Shown piece after piece: positions 1-9,768 of a stretch of DNA of 64,000 nt (within the stretch, counting starts at the first letter, position 1; every line of letters begins with the position of its first letter). The position numbers were made by a program, and so were the translations under genes. This stretch comes from an uncultured Nitrospiraceae bacterium (GTDB lineage Bacteria; Nitrospirota; Thermodesulfovibrionia; Thermodesulfovibrionales; Dissulfurispiraceae). Where the stretch lies: contig CAVSHF010000003.1 in the NCBI GenBank assembly GCA_963727805.1, positions 640,001 to 704,000 on the forward strand, written 5' to 3'. The notes beneath the pieces are model-generated. The model was not told the DNA's origin. It saw nothing but the letters and a program-made list of their open reading frames with translations, and did no database searches.

Positions 1-2
1 TG

Positions 3-1700
3 GGCGTTGCCCTTAAAAGCTCTTTTTTCGAAGAAGCCGTTACTGACCTCTCAGCCGTAAAGAAAAGAGCGCGGTCAAGAGCGACACCCCCTGTCTGTCA
101 TGAGACATTTTTGGAACCGGCCGGGATAATCTTCCCTTCAGTGGTCGCCCGTGTGCTCGAAGGTATAAAAGAGCACGTCTATTCCTCCCTGTTGTATCAC
201 TCCCCTGACCTCGCTTCCGAATATTCCTCGCTCTTTGAAGTCCTGAAACGCATGCCTGATGATGTCCGCGGTATCATCGTCCTTGTACCTGAGACCGGAT
301 TTATCAGCAAGATTGCGCCATTTCTTACAGAGCTCTTCGGGGAGCGTCTTAGCATACTGCATAGCAAACTCGGCAAAAAAGAACGTGCGGAATCAATCAA
401 GAAAATTCTTTCGGGGAAATCTGACGTGATTCTCGGCACCCGGTCGGCAGTGCTCGCACCTTTGCCGCATTCTGCTTTTATCGCTGTCATCGAGGAGCAG
501 AGTCCGTCGTATAAAGGAGAAGAAGGCCTGCGCTACAACATGCGCGATCTTGCTGTAATGAGAGGGTATATCGATAAATCCTGTGTGCTCCTTTCATCCA
601 TCTGCCCTTCGATCGAGACAGCATTCAATGCTCGCAGAGGTAAATATATTCAGTTGAATAAAATCACCTTGCAGTCTGTCGAAAAGCGTCCGCGCGTAAA
701 AATCGTCACCTTCAAGTCGAAGAAGCAGAGTGAACTGTCTCTATCATCAGAAGTCATTAGTGATGCCAGGGGCCTTCTCCTGAAAAAAGAACAAATACTC
801 TTCCTTGTTGGAAGAAAGGGATATTCCCTTATACGCTGCGAGGAATGCGGCCATATCGAATCATGCGGCAAATGCTCCATTCCCATGATCTTTTATAAAA
901 GCAGTGGGATGCTGAAATGCCATCACTGCGGACATGAGCGTCGCGATCCCGAACGTTGCGACGAATGCGGGGGACCTCATCTGAAACCCTTTTCTGCCGG
1001 CACTGAAAGGGTTCGGGAAGAAGTCGAAGAGTTGCTGAAGAGCCCCTCGCTGCTGATCGAGAAGGCCAAGGTATCTTCGCCACCAAAAACGGAATTCGGA
1101 TCAAACAACCCCGACCTCTCGGATTTTGTTCCCTTCGTGATCGGGACCTCCCTGACTAAAAGAAAAATCTGTCGTGGTAAAAAATATTCTGCAGTGGTGC
1201 TGATGAATATCGATCTACTCCTCGCACAACCGGACTTCAGGGCTTATGAGCGCGCCTTTCAGGAAATCATCGAGGTTTCACAGATGGTAAAGGCAGAAGG
1301 ATCGCTGCTCATTCAGACAAAATCACCTGGGAGCAAAGTTCTTAAATGCATAAAGTATTACGATTTCGAAGCTTTTACGGATCTGGAATTGTCGCAAAGA
1401 AAGGACCTCGATTACCCTCCCTATACGCGACTGATACTCTTTACAATCTTCGGGAAAGCTGGAGATATTCTGTCAGCAGATATATGGCGGGCAGTCCGCA
1501 CCCTCAAAGACTATGCCGTTACCGTCCTGGGACCTATCGAAGTGCCTTCAACATCAAAATCTTACGAACAGTCCCACCATATCCTTTTGAAATCGAAGGA
1601 CAGCAGAAAGCTTCACGAAATGGCAAAAACGCTTCTGTTGCAATTAGAGGGGAACAGAAAAATCCAAATCGCCGTCGATGTCGATCCCATTAAAATTTGA
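3..1700 (+). CDS. priA: Primosomal protein N' (PriA), 5'-truncated by the window edge; helicase motifs degenerate
   Basis: The frame is open from position 3. It has the PriA Cys-rich region (CEECG..CGKC..CHHC..CDEC), GTRSAV, GTERV, LDYPPY and a C-terminal VDVDP. No recognisable Walker A. Confidence 0.85.
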   Translation, partial: GVALKSSFFEEAVTDLSAVKKRARSRATPPVCHETFLEPAGIIFPSVVARVLEGIKEHVYSSLLYHSPDLASEYSSLFEVLKRMPDDVRGIIVLVPETGFISKIAPFLTELFGERLSILHSKLGKKERAESIKKILSGKSDVILGTRSAVLAPLPHSAFIAVIEEQSPSYKGEEGLRYNMRDLAVMRGYIDKSCVLLSSICPSIETAFNARRGKYIQLNKITLQSVEKRPRVKIVTFKSKKQSELSLSSEVISDARGLLLKKEQILFLVGRKGYSLIRCEECGHIESCGKCSIPMIFYKSSGMLKCHHCGHERRDPERCDECGGPHLKPFSAGTERVREEVEELLKSPSLLIEKAKVSSPPKTEFGSNNPDLSDFVPFVIGTSLTKRKICRGKKYSAVVLMNIDLLLAQPDFRAYERAFQEIIEVSQMVKAEGSLLIQTKSPGSKVLKCIKYYDFEAFTDLELSQRKDLDYPPYTRLILFTIFGKAGDILSADIWRAVRTLKDYAVTVLGPIEVPSTSKSYEQSHHILLKSKDSRKLHEMAKTLLLQLEGNRKIQIAVDVDPIKI

Positions 1701-1706
1701 TACGCA

Positions 1707-2651
1707 CTAAATAGAAAGCACCATCTGTCTCTTTTTAAGGATCTGTCTGGCTGTCTCGATGTCTTTCATTATATGCTCGAAAAGTTCTTCTATACAGGAG
1801 AATTTTTTTTCGTCTCTTATCCTTCCGATAAAGTGGACTCTGAGTTTACGGCCAAGCAAGTTCCTATGAAAATCGAAGATGTGGACTTCATAGCTGAGCT
1901 TGCCCTCTTTGAAGGTCGGGTTCTTTCCTATATTCGCCACACCGTCATAAACACGCCCTTCCATTGTAACTCTGACAGCATAGACGCCTTCTTTTGGTAT
2001 CAGTTCATTATTGGTTTCAAGATTCGCCGTAGGCGTTTTGAGCAGCGACGTTCCTCTTCCTGCCCCTTTGATCACAATGCCGTCGATATGGTACGCCCTG
2101 CCCAGCATTTGGGATACCTCACCGACCTTTCCGCTCAGTACCGCATGTCTCACCCTGCTGCTACTGACAATACTGCCTCCAACCTTCGCGTATCGAACGA
2201 CACTAACGCCAAAACCATACTTTTTCCCTCGGCGTCTCAAAAGCGCAGCATTGCCCTTTTTGGCGCGGCCAAATGTATAATTGTGTCCCACAATGATCCA
2301 TTTAGCCTTGAGTCGTTCTACAAGAAATTCTTTTATAAAATCTTCGGCATCGGTATGGGCAAAGGTCCGATCGAAATCGACGCAAATGATAGCCTTGATG
2401 CCAGTATCGAAGATGAGCCTGGTCTTATCCTCGGAGGAGGTGATAAGCTTCAGTCCACGTTCCGGCGACAATACACGCACCGGATGGGGCTCAAAGGTCA
2501 TCGCCACGGCTGTCCCTTTTATCTTTTTCGCTTTTTCTACAACTGCCTTAAATATCTTCTGATGCCCGATATGGACTCCATCAAAGTTCCCGATTGTAAT
2601 AACTTTCTTAGAATCCAAAAAACGTTCCGGTGATCCTTTAATTATTCCCAT
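1707..2651 (-). CDS. ribF: Bifunctional riboflavin kinase / FMN adenylyltransferase
   Basis: IGNFDGVHIGH, VSSSRVR, PTANL, GVY, YEVHIFDF and IRDEKKF motifs; 314 aa. Confidence 0.95.
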   Translation of the reverse strand: MGIIKGSPERFLDSKKVITIGNFDGVHIGHQKIFKAVVEKAKKIKGTAVAMTFEPHPVRVLSPERGLKLITSSEDKTRLIFDTGIKAIICVDFDRTFAHTDAEDFIKEFLVERLKAKWIIVGHNYTFGRAKKGNAALLRRRGKKYGFGVSVVRYAKVGGSIVSSSRVRHAVLSGKVGEVSQMLGRAYHIDGIVIKGAGRGTSLLKTPTANLETNNELIPKEGVYAVRVTMEGRVYDGVANIGKNPTFKEGKLSYEVHIFDFHRNLLGRKLRVHFIGRIRDEKKFSCIEELFEHIMKDIETARQILKKRQMVLSI

Positions 2652-2654
2652 TCT

Positions 2655-3263
2655 TCAATTATTTCCATTTCTTTTTTCTGATGACAGTAATTCCTGATAT
2701 ATCGTTCTTACCTGCTCCCTCGTACTTTCAATGCCCTTACTGTTGTCGATGACGAAATCGGAACCTCTCATCTTTATTTCAGCTGGCAATTGACTAACGA
2801 GGCGCTGCCTCGCATCTGCTTCGGTAATGCCCTTCTCTTTGAGGCGGTCAAAGGCAATTTCCTCCGGAGTATACACGGTGACAATCTTATCGAACCTTCC
2901 CTGATGCCCTCTCTCAAAAATAACCGTAGCCTCGACAATAGCAATACACTCTCCATCACAAGATATTCCTGACAGTTTTTCTTCCATCTTTCGGAAAACT
3001 CTCGGATGGAGAATATCTTCCAGCGTCACTCTCGCATGGGCATCGCGGAATACCCATTCGGCAAGCCATTTCTTGTCGACTGTACCGGCTGAGACGGCTT
3101 CTTCACCGAAAGCCTCCCGAATCTCCTGGATCACTTCCCCTTCCTCAAGGAGCCTCCGCACGATCTCATCAGTATCGATGGTCATTGCGCCGAGGTCCCT
3201 GAACATTCGAACCACTGTACTCTTGCCCGCGCCGTAATTGCCAGTGAGGCCCACGACAATCAT
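2655..3263 (-). CDS. coaE: Dephospho-CoA kinase
   Basis: VGLTGNYGAGKSTV P-loop, LEDILHP and DFVIDN; 202 aa; overlaps the mutS stop codon. Confidence 0.93.
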   Translation of the reverse strand: MIVVGLTGNYGAGKSTVVRMFRDLGAMTIDTDEIVRRLLEEGEVIQEIREAFGEEAVSAGTVDKKWLAEWVFRDAHARVTLEDILHPRVFRKMEEKLSGISCDGECIAIVEATVIFERGHQGRFDKIVTVYTPEEIAFDRLKEKGITEADARQRLVSQLPAEIKMRGSDFVIDNSKGIESTREQVRTIYQELLSSEKRNGNN

Positions 3264-5827
3264 GTCTTTTGTTCGACTTTCTTCTTCAATTCCCTAAGCT
3301 TCCGTAAGGCATCCTGCGGCTTCATGGCACTGACGTCAAGATTCATCAGTTCCACGGTTACGGGGTCTCCTGTGGAGAAAAGATCCATTTGGGCAAGTTT
3401 CGGCACAAGGGCACTCGTCTCCTTCTTTTCGAGCTTTTCAAGCACGAGCTTCGATTTCTCAATCACCTCTTCAGGAAGTCCCGCGAGACGGGCCACCTGT
3501 ATCCCGTAACTCTTGTCAGCGGGGCCCTTCTCGATCTTCCGCAGAAATATTACCTCGTCGCCCCACTCTTTGACGACAACATTATAATTCTTGATCCCTT
3601 CCATATTCATTACCAGGTTCGTGAGTTCGTGATAATGGGTCGCAAAAAGAGTCCTCGCCCTTACTTTCTCTATTATATATTCAGCTACCGCCCACGCAAT
3701 GCTAATACCGTCAAAAGTGCTCGTCCCCCTGCCCACTTCATCAAGCAGGATCAGGCTTTTTGCGGTTGCGTTATTAAGAATATTCGCTGTCTCGATCATT
3801 TCCACCATGAATGTGCTTTGGCCTTTTGCGATAAAATCCGAGGCTCCTATGCGCGTGAATATTCTGTCAACTACCCCAATCTTTGCCCGGAGAGCCGGGA
3901 CAAATGAACCCATCTGGGCCATCAGGATAATGAGCGAGACTTGCCTCATATAGGTCGATTTTCCGGCCATATTGGGTCCTGTGATGACCAGGAGTCTGTT
4001 CTCCGACGCGTCAAGGTACGCATTGTTGGGGATGAATTTCTCGTCCATCAAAGATATCCCGTGTGCACTGATGAGTCTTTCAATGACAGGATGACGCCCG
4101 TCGGTGATTTCGATGACGTCGCCGTCCGATACCACCGGCCGCACATAATCATATTTTTTTGCAATTGCTGAGAGGGCCGAAAAGAAATCAATCAGTGCAA
4201 TCAGTCCTGCGGTATCGAGAAGTTTGTCGGTATAGCGCTGCATCTTCTCAAGTATCCCCTGGAAAAGCTCCGATTCAAGTTCCTTCAACTTGTCTTCGGC
4301 CCCGAGCACCTTGGTCTCATACTCTTTCAGATCGGATGTGATGAAGCGCTCGCAGTTTGCAAGCGTCTGCTTACGCATATAATCCGGCGGTGCCAGGTGA
4401 AGGTTCGCTTTCGTGATTTCAATATAGTAGCCGAATACCTTGTTGAACCCTATTTTTAGAGATGAAATGCCGGTCTTTTGTCGTTCTTCTGTTTCGAGAC
4501 GGGCGATATAATCCTTGCCGTGGGTCGATATGTCCCGCAGATCATCCACTTCTTTATTAAAGCCTTTCCGAATGAATCCGCCTTCCTTTGAACTTATGGG
4601 AGGAGTGTCTGCGATGCTCGATGCAATCATATGTTCGAGTTCCGAGAATTCAACCATCCTCTTGCCGATACTGCTTATGCTGTCAACGGGCGAATTTGAG
4701 AGGGCTTTCTTTATCGTCGGGATGAGTTCAAGAGAATTCTTCAGGGCGATAAGGTCGCGCGGGCCGGCGGACCTCGATACTATCTTCGAGGTGAGACGTT
4801 CGATATCCTGGATCTTTCGCAGCGTGAATCGCAGTTCCTCAAAAAGTTCGAAATCCTCGATGATTGCCTCAATCGCCCTCTGCCTCTCAATGATCTCCGC
4901 CGGTTTGATCAACGGATTTGCGATGGCGTTCCTCATGAACCTCCCGCCCATCGGGGTAAGCGTTTCGTCAAGAACCCACAGCAGAGAGCCTTCGATAGTG
5001 CAATCCTTGATGTTATGGAGCAGTTCAAGGTTCCGCTTGGTCGCAGCATCCAAAAACATGTATGAGGTTGTGCTGGGTACCGTGATCTTTTTGAAGGTTA
5101 ATATCCGCTGCGTGTCCTCAAGATAGCTGATGAGACCGCCTGCAGCAGAGATGCCAGCCTGCATGCCTTCGCACCCGTATCCGTCGAGTGAGGCGACCTT
5201 AAAGTGCTTAAGGAGAGTCCTGTAGGCATCGGTGAAATCAAAGTAGATATCTCCATAGTAGGTCACATAGTGTCCGAGAAAAGCCTCCTTGTAATAGAGG
5301 TTGTCTTTCATGCTGGCCGGGCAGAGAATCTCACGCGGCTCATACCGGCTAATTTCATCTTCAACGGGCTTATCCGTCTCATAGACAACAAACTCCCCAG
5401 TCGAAACATCGGCTACTGTTATCCCGCTTGCTTTCTGGTAGGGGAAGATGCTCATGATATAGGCATTCTCTTTAGGCTGATCAGGTTGGTGTGTTCCCGG
5501 CGTGACGACCCTGATGACTTCCCTCTGGACGATCCCCTTGGCAAGCTTTGGGTCTTCCATCTGCTCGCAAATGGCAACCTTATGGCCCGCCCTGATCAGC
5601 TTCGTGATATAGGAATCGGCAGAAAAATATGGAATCCCGCACATGGGTATCTGGTCTTCCTTGCTCTTGTCCCTGCTCGTCAGGGCTATCTGGAGCACGC
5701 GGGAGGCTATCTTCGCGTCTTCCCCGAACATCTCGTAGAAGTCACCGAGCCTGAAAAAGACGATCGCGTCGGGATACTGTTCTTTGACGCCGAAATATTG
5801 TTTCATTAACGGGGTAAGCTCAGACAT
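3260..5827 (-). CDS. mutS: DNA mismatch repair protein MutS (MutS1)
   Basis: TPLMKQY..GDFYEMF N-terminus, GPNMAGKST Walker A, LDEVGRGT, FATHYHEL and SYGIQVARLAG. Confidence 0.97.
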   Translation of the reverse strand: MSELTPLMKQYFGVKEQYPDAIVFFRLGDFYEMFGEDAKIASRVLQIALTSRDKSKEDQIPMCGIPYFSADSYITKLIRAGHKVAICEQMEDPKLAKGIVQREVIRVVTPGTHQPDQPKENAYIMSIFPYQKASGITVADVSTGEFVVYETDKPVEDEISRYEPREILCPASMKDNLYYKEAFLGHYVTYYGDIYFDFTDAYRTLLKHFKVASLDGYGCEGMQAGISAAGGLISYLEDTQRILTFKKITVPSTTSYMFLDAATKRNLELLHNIKDCTIEGSLLWVLDETLTPMGGRFMRNAIANPLIKPAEIIERQRAIEAIIEDFELFEELRFTLRKIQDIERLTSKIVSRSAGPRDLIALKNSLELIPTIKKALSNSPVDSISSIGKRMVEFSELEHMIASSIADTPPISSKEGGFIRKGFNKEVDDLRDISTHGKDYIARLETEERQKTGISSLKIGFNKVFGYYIEITKANLHLAPPDYMRKQTLANCERFITSDLKEYETKVLGAEDKLKELESELFQGILEKMQRYTDKLLDTAGLIALIDFFSALSAIAKKYDYVRPVVSDGDVIEITDGRHPVIERLISAHGISLMDEKFIPNNAYLDASENRLLVITGPNMAGKSTYMRQVSLIILMAQMGSFVPALRAKIGVVDRIFTRIGASDFIAKGQSTFMVEMIETANILNNATAKSLILLDEVGRGTSTFDGISIAWAVAEYIIEKVRARTLFATHYHELTNLVMNMEGIKNYNVVVKEWGDEVIFLRKIEKGPADKSYGIQVARLAGLPEEVIEKSKLVLEKLEKKETSALVPKLAQMDLFSTGDPVTVELMNLDVSAMKPQDALRKLRELKKKVEQKT

Positions 5828-6123
5828 TACCTCGACCTTTCATCAGAAATTTAATTTAGAATTATACTACAGACAGCAGGAAGTATGCTCAGATGTGATA
5901 TGCATAGCTTTCGTAACTACCTGATTTATTTCAAAGTTAGATATACGTACCATCCCGACTTTTCATTTGCCGGTCCTGAAGACACGACATGGTCAAAATG
6001 TCAGTGACCGAACCGACGAAGCACAAGAACATGTCACATTGGCTGTCATTCCAACAGCTCCGCTTCTTTCATTATTTTGGCCGCAATCAATTTGATGAAG
6101 CAAAGGATTTAATCCGTCTTACT

Positions 6124-6504
6124 CTAATGCGATCCCTCATTAAGCTTAGTCGGGCGATTTGTTTTGATCATGTCTACAACTTTCACAATCTCTTTTCTCA
6201 CATCCTCATCTATGACAAACTCCACAGCTATCTGGAAACTATCGTTCTTCGGGATGACCCTGACGACTCGTGCGGAAGAGAAGAAATGCACATTGGCGAA
6301 AGAGCCTGACTTGGCCTGGAGTATAAATTGGAGGGCCAGGAAATCCCCGACTTTCAATTGCCGTTTTGACTCAAAGAAGAGACCTCCGGCGCTGACATTG
6401 GATGTACTGCATTCGGTCCATGCAGTGTCGCCAGGCAATTTCACCTTAGCATTAGCTTCGACTCTTTCGTAGCGTCTCTTGTTCTCCCCGGTCATAATCA
6501 ACAC
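6124..6504 (-). CDS. PilZ-domain protein (putative c-di-GMP receptor); true start may be the internal Met near 6495
   Basis: RRYER (RxxxR) and NVSAGG ([D/N]xSxxG) motifs, plus ARVVRV. Confidence 0.85.
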   Translation of the reverse strand: MLIMTGENKRRYERVEANAKVKLPGDTAWTECSTSNVSAGGLFFESKRQLKVGDFLALQFILQAKSGSFANVHFFSSARVVRVIPKNDSFQIAVEFVIDEDVRKEIVKVVDMIKTNRPTKLNEGSH

Positions 6505-7037
6505 TCCATCGCGCTAGGCCTTATAGCTGTTACCGATGCCGAAAAAAATAAGGAGATATGACGGAGCCAAGTATTTTGTCTAACGTGATCACATGAGAGC
6601 AAAACGCTACGTGAGAAAGGATAACATCCACCGACACGAGCTACAATGTCTGCCGGGGGCGACAGATCAGAGGAAAGAGAATGGCACAAACCATCTCGTT
6701 CCACATTGACGTCGAAAGGCAAAACATCGAGAGCAGACGAAAGATATTCATTGCCTTGCTTATTGTGTCCTTTGGGGCACAGATTATTTATAAGATGCAC
6801 GTTGGTATCTGATCGACCCGTTTTGAGCTCCACAATATCTTTTAAAGCAAACAGCTGGGGTATCGGTTTAATCGATGTATCATCACAAAGCAGGTCGTGG
6901 AGGAATTCAAAATGGTCATGTCCGGGATAATCATGGCAAATAATTACAAATCCGACACTGATGATTGATAGGAACAATATGATCCCCATCGCTTTGTACA
7001 TGACTCTGAGATGGGTTGAGGGATTGTGCTTAATCAT
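6498..7037 (-). CDS. Hypothetical protein with an N-terminal hydrophobic segment
   Basis: 179-aa ORF overlapping the PilZ start; no recognisable motif; may be spurious. Confidence 0.25.
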   Translation of the reverse strand: MIKHNPSTHLRVMYKAMGIILFLSIISVGFVIICHDYPGHDHFEFLHDLLCDDTSIKPIPQLFALKDIVELKTGRSDTNVHLINNLCPKGHNKQGNEYLSSALDVLPFDVNVERDGLCHSLSSDLSPPADIVARVGGCYPFSRSVLLSCDHVRQNTWLRHISLFFSASVTAIRPSAMEC

Positions 7038-7296
7038 ATAATATGTTTGTCATAATGTTTAGAGATGGGTTCGATGAACCATCATTGGTCGGCAGTTCGA
7101 TATCATTCCTGTTTCCCATGCTCAACCTGCAACTGGAATTCATCATAACATTATTAATTTATCATAACATTATTGTAGAACTGAACTAGGGTAGTTATAT
7201 CCTACCCCTCCGATATTATATTTATTCATATTATAGATCTGTTGAAATCATAAATAAAGAAGAAAATGATGAATATTTGGATATTCCGGGCAGGTT

Positions 7297-9424
7297 TCCG
7301 GGTAGGAGCAGCGATTGCTCGCCACTCCCCCCACAGACCCGGACGAGCCCGATTAAGGCATCCGGTTCGTCAGTAACAAGAGGCATACAGCCTCTGGCTA
7401 ACTAAACGGATTCGACCCGTTTAGCGCATAACTTTGCTGACCTGCATGGTTTAGATATCATGGACTATTCGGGGCGACGGCAGTGGGAACAGCCGCTCCA
7501 GCTTTGGGAATTCATCCTCCCAATTCATCGATCCCTTATTGCTGCGACGACTCAACCAGTAGTGCCACGCCTTCCGTACATGCCTGTAGACAAGCAGCAA
7601 CTTACGGTAATTGCCTCTGATGCCGTAATATTGGTAGTGACCTTTTAACTTAAGGGTTAGAACACGACATTGTTCCTTAAGCGGCTCATGTCGGTGTTCC
7701 CGACACCACTCCCAAGCGCGCTTCATGGCCCGGCGCAGCCTTTTCTTGGCTGTTTGCCGCTTTACTATCCAGTACCCCCGCCGCGTCTTCGCCCAGTAGT
7801 GCGTAAAACCCAAAAAGTCAATGCTCCCATTTTCCTCAGGGTCGCTCTTGCCTTTTGGCCTTCCGAACCTAACCAGCTTCGTCTTTGTCGGGTGTATCGT
7901 TAGCCCGTACTGTTGGAGTCTCTCAGTCAGAACGGGCAATATCCATTGTGCATCAGATTCGTGTTCGCATCCGATTAGAAAGTCATCGGCAAAACGAATC
8001 AGAAAGCTCTGTCCCTTAATGCTGGGCTTCACTTCCTTGACATACCACTCATCCAGCACATGGTGTAGGAATATATTGGCCAGAATCGGCGATATGACTC
8101 CGCCCTGCGGCGTGCCCTTCTCTGGGTATGTCAGAGTTTCCCCTTCTATTACCCCGGCATTCAGCCATTTGCCGATTAGCCGTATTATTCCTCCATCGTT
8201 GACCCTTTGCCTGATTATTTCCAACAGCCTGCCGTGATCGATATTATCGAAATAGCCTTTGACATCCGCATCCACTATCCAGCCGATGTTCCCTTTCACG
8301 CATTTCTGTTGAAGCTCGCTTAACGCCTGATGCTGGCTATGGCCGCGTCTGAAGCCGTGAGAGAAGGCGAAAAAGTCGCTCTCATACACTGCCTCAAGGA
8401 GCATCGCTACCGCACGTTGAACTACTTTGTCTTCAAACGTCGGAAGTCCTAACGGCCTTTCCCCTCCGTCATCCTTAGGTATCCACACCCGGTTTACAGG
8501 CGGAGCATGATACCGTCCTCCCTTGAGTCGTGTGTGCAGCTCCCGTAGATTTTCTTCGAGGTTTGATGCGTATTCTTCTGCTGTGACCCGGTCTATACCG
8601 GGCGCAGCGTCTTTTCGGGTCAGCCTGTAGGCTTCCCGCAAGAATTCCACATCTACGTGGTGCGCCAGCGTAGTGAACACCATCTCCGGATACCGGATGG
8701 CCTGCGCTGCAATCCACCGAAGTTTCGTTGATACGGTTTGTGAGTTCGAAGCCTCTCCCATATTTCCTCTCGGTGAAACGTTATACCCGGCCTCGCCTTC
8801 CCTTCAGTGGGTCCCTTGGTCCTCGGTTCCCCACCTTCCCGGCCCGCTGGGGCCTTCGGTACTATGCTCGGCTAAGACTGCCTCATGTCCATCCCTAGTC
8901 TCTTCGTTTGTCACTCGATTCCCGGTACCACGTTTGCTCTCTGTCTTCGTTCGTCGATGTGCGAGAGCCCTCACCGACGCCTGGGGCTTTTGTTCTTCCG
9001 GTCGCCCTCTTCCCTTCCGGTTCTCAACGTGGAGACATGCGGCCCTCCCAAGTTCCCGATCTATCCCTTTGAATGTATGCCCTGCTCTCAGACCCCGGTG
9101 GTGTTCTGATGCTCGCCATTGCGCATTCAGAACTGCTGTCTTCCAGTTGTCCGAGACTGTCGACTTTCCCTCCAATGCCCTGAAGGTTATCTTACTGACC
9201 ACAATGTCAACGATTTCGGGGCTCACTAACACGGCCTACATTCTCGCTACACCCAGCTCCGCACCTCCCCTCGCGAGGACGCACGCGGGTTCGCTTCCGA
9301 CCTGTTGGCTAAGCTTTGGCCGGATGGGACTTGAGGTTTTCCGCCTCTCACCCATTGGATAGCAACAGCAAATTTCATCTCCTTTTCGCGAGATTCCCGA
9401 TGCCTCGGATTTACCTTGGCGCGA
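7297..9424 (-). mobile_element. Group II intron (RT-encoding, IIB-like, no endonuclease domain) with non-canonical termini 5'-UCGCG...ACCCGGA-3'
   Basis: Domain V hairpin at 7336-7368 (GAACCGGAUGCC...GUCCGGGUC), then domain VI with a bulged A. The EBS1 loop CGGACA (9148-9153) is complementary to the 5' exon end UGUCCG (9425-9430). Removing the intron exactly restores the terminal inverted repeat. Confidence 0.9.
7451..8761 (-). CDS. ltrA: Group II intron reverse transcriptase/maturase
   Basis: APGID, RPLGLPTFEDKVVQ, GTPQGGVISPILANIFL, RFADD, DFLGF and a maturase X-domain region; 436 aa with no HNH domain. Confidence 0.95.
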   Translation of the reverse strand: MGEASNSQTVSTKLRWIAAQAIRYPEMVFTTLAHHVDVEFLREAYRLTRKDAAPGIDRVTAEEYASNLEENLRELHTRLKGGRYHAPPVNRVWIPKDDGGERPLGLPTFEDKVVQRAVAMLLEAVYESDFFAFSHGFRRGHSQHQALSELQQKCVKGNIGWIVDADVKGYFDNIDHGRLLEIIRQRVNDGGIIRLIGKWLNAGVIEGETLTYPEKGTPQGGVISPILANIFLHHVLDEWYVKEVKPSIKGQSFLIRFADDFLIGCEHESDAQWILPVLTERLQQYGLTIHPTKTKLVRFGRPKGKSDPEENGSIDFLGFTHYWAKTRRGYWIVKRQTAKKRLRRAMKRAWEWCREHRHEPLKEQCRVLTLKLKGHYQYYGIRGNYRKLLLVYRHVRKAWHYWLSRRSNKGSMNWEDEFPKLERLFPLPSPRIVHDI

Positions 9425-9498
9425 CGGACACCTATTACGATCTACTTCGGACACTATTCCAATTTAGTTCGGACAGCAATTCAAAATAGTTCGGATAG
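9425..9498. repeat. Left-end array of ~22-23 bp subterminal repeats (consensus ATTCCaattTAGTTCGGACAc), putative transposase-binding sites
   Basis: Units ..CGGACACCT, ATTACGATCTACTTCGGACACT, ATTCCAATTTAGTTCGGACAGCA and ATTCAAAATAGTTCGGATAG. Confidence 0.85.
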
Positions 9499-9768
9499 AT
9501 CATCAGAGCCGTGGTTCCAAAAAGTTCAGTATCAACTTCTTCCTGAATTCTGCAGCTATTTAATGATCTGATAACTGTTTCTTTTATTTCGTACCGCGCA
9601 AAATTGAGAGGACTCTATCGGCGAGAAGTGCTCCATCTTCCAAACTAAGCAAAAAAACATTATTCCGAACACTGAAGCTTAACTTGCATAAGGAAATAGT
9701 ATTTGTTACTATTCAGTTCAACAACAGCTTAAATTGCGTCCAACTAATTTATAACGAAGGATAAAAGA

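Noticed and set aside
1773..5809. Long + strand ORFs opposite ribF, coaE and mutS
   Set aside because: They are antisense shadows of well-supported minus-strand genes.
7451..8761. RT as a DGR, retron or defence RT
   Set aside because: It lies inside a recognisable group II ribozyme (domains V/VI, EBS1-IBS1) and has a maturase region. No TR/VR pair with adenine-specific differences was seen.
8673..9454. ORFs overlapping the 5' part of the first intron (229, 142, 74 and 72 aa)
   Set aside because: They overlap structured ribozyme domains I-III and show no protein motifs.
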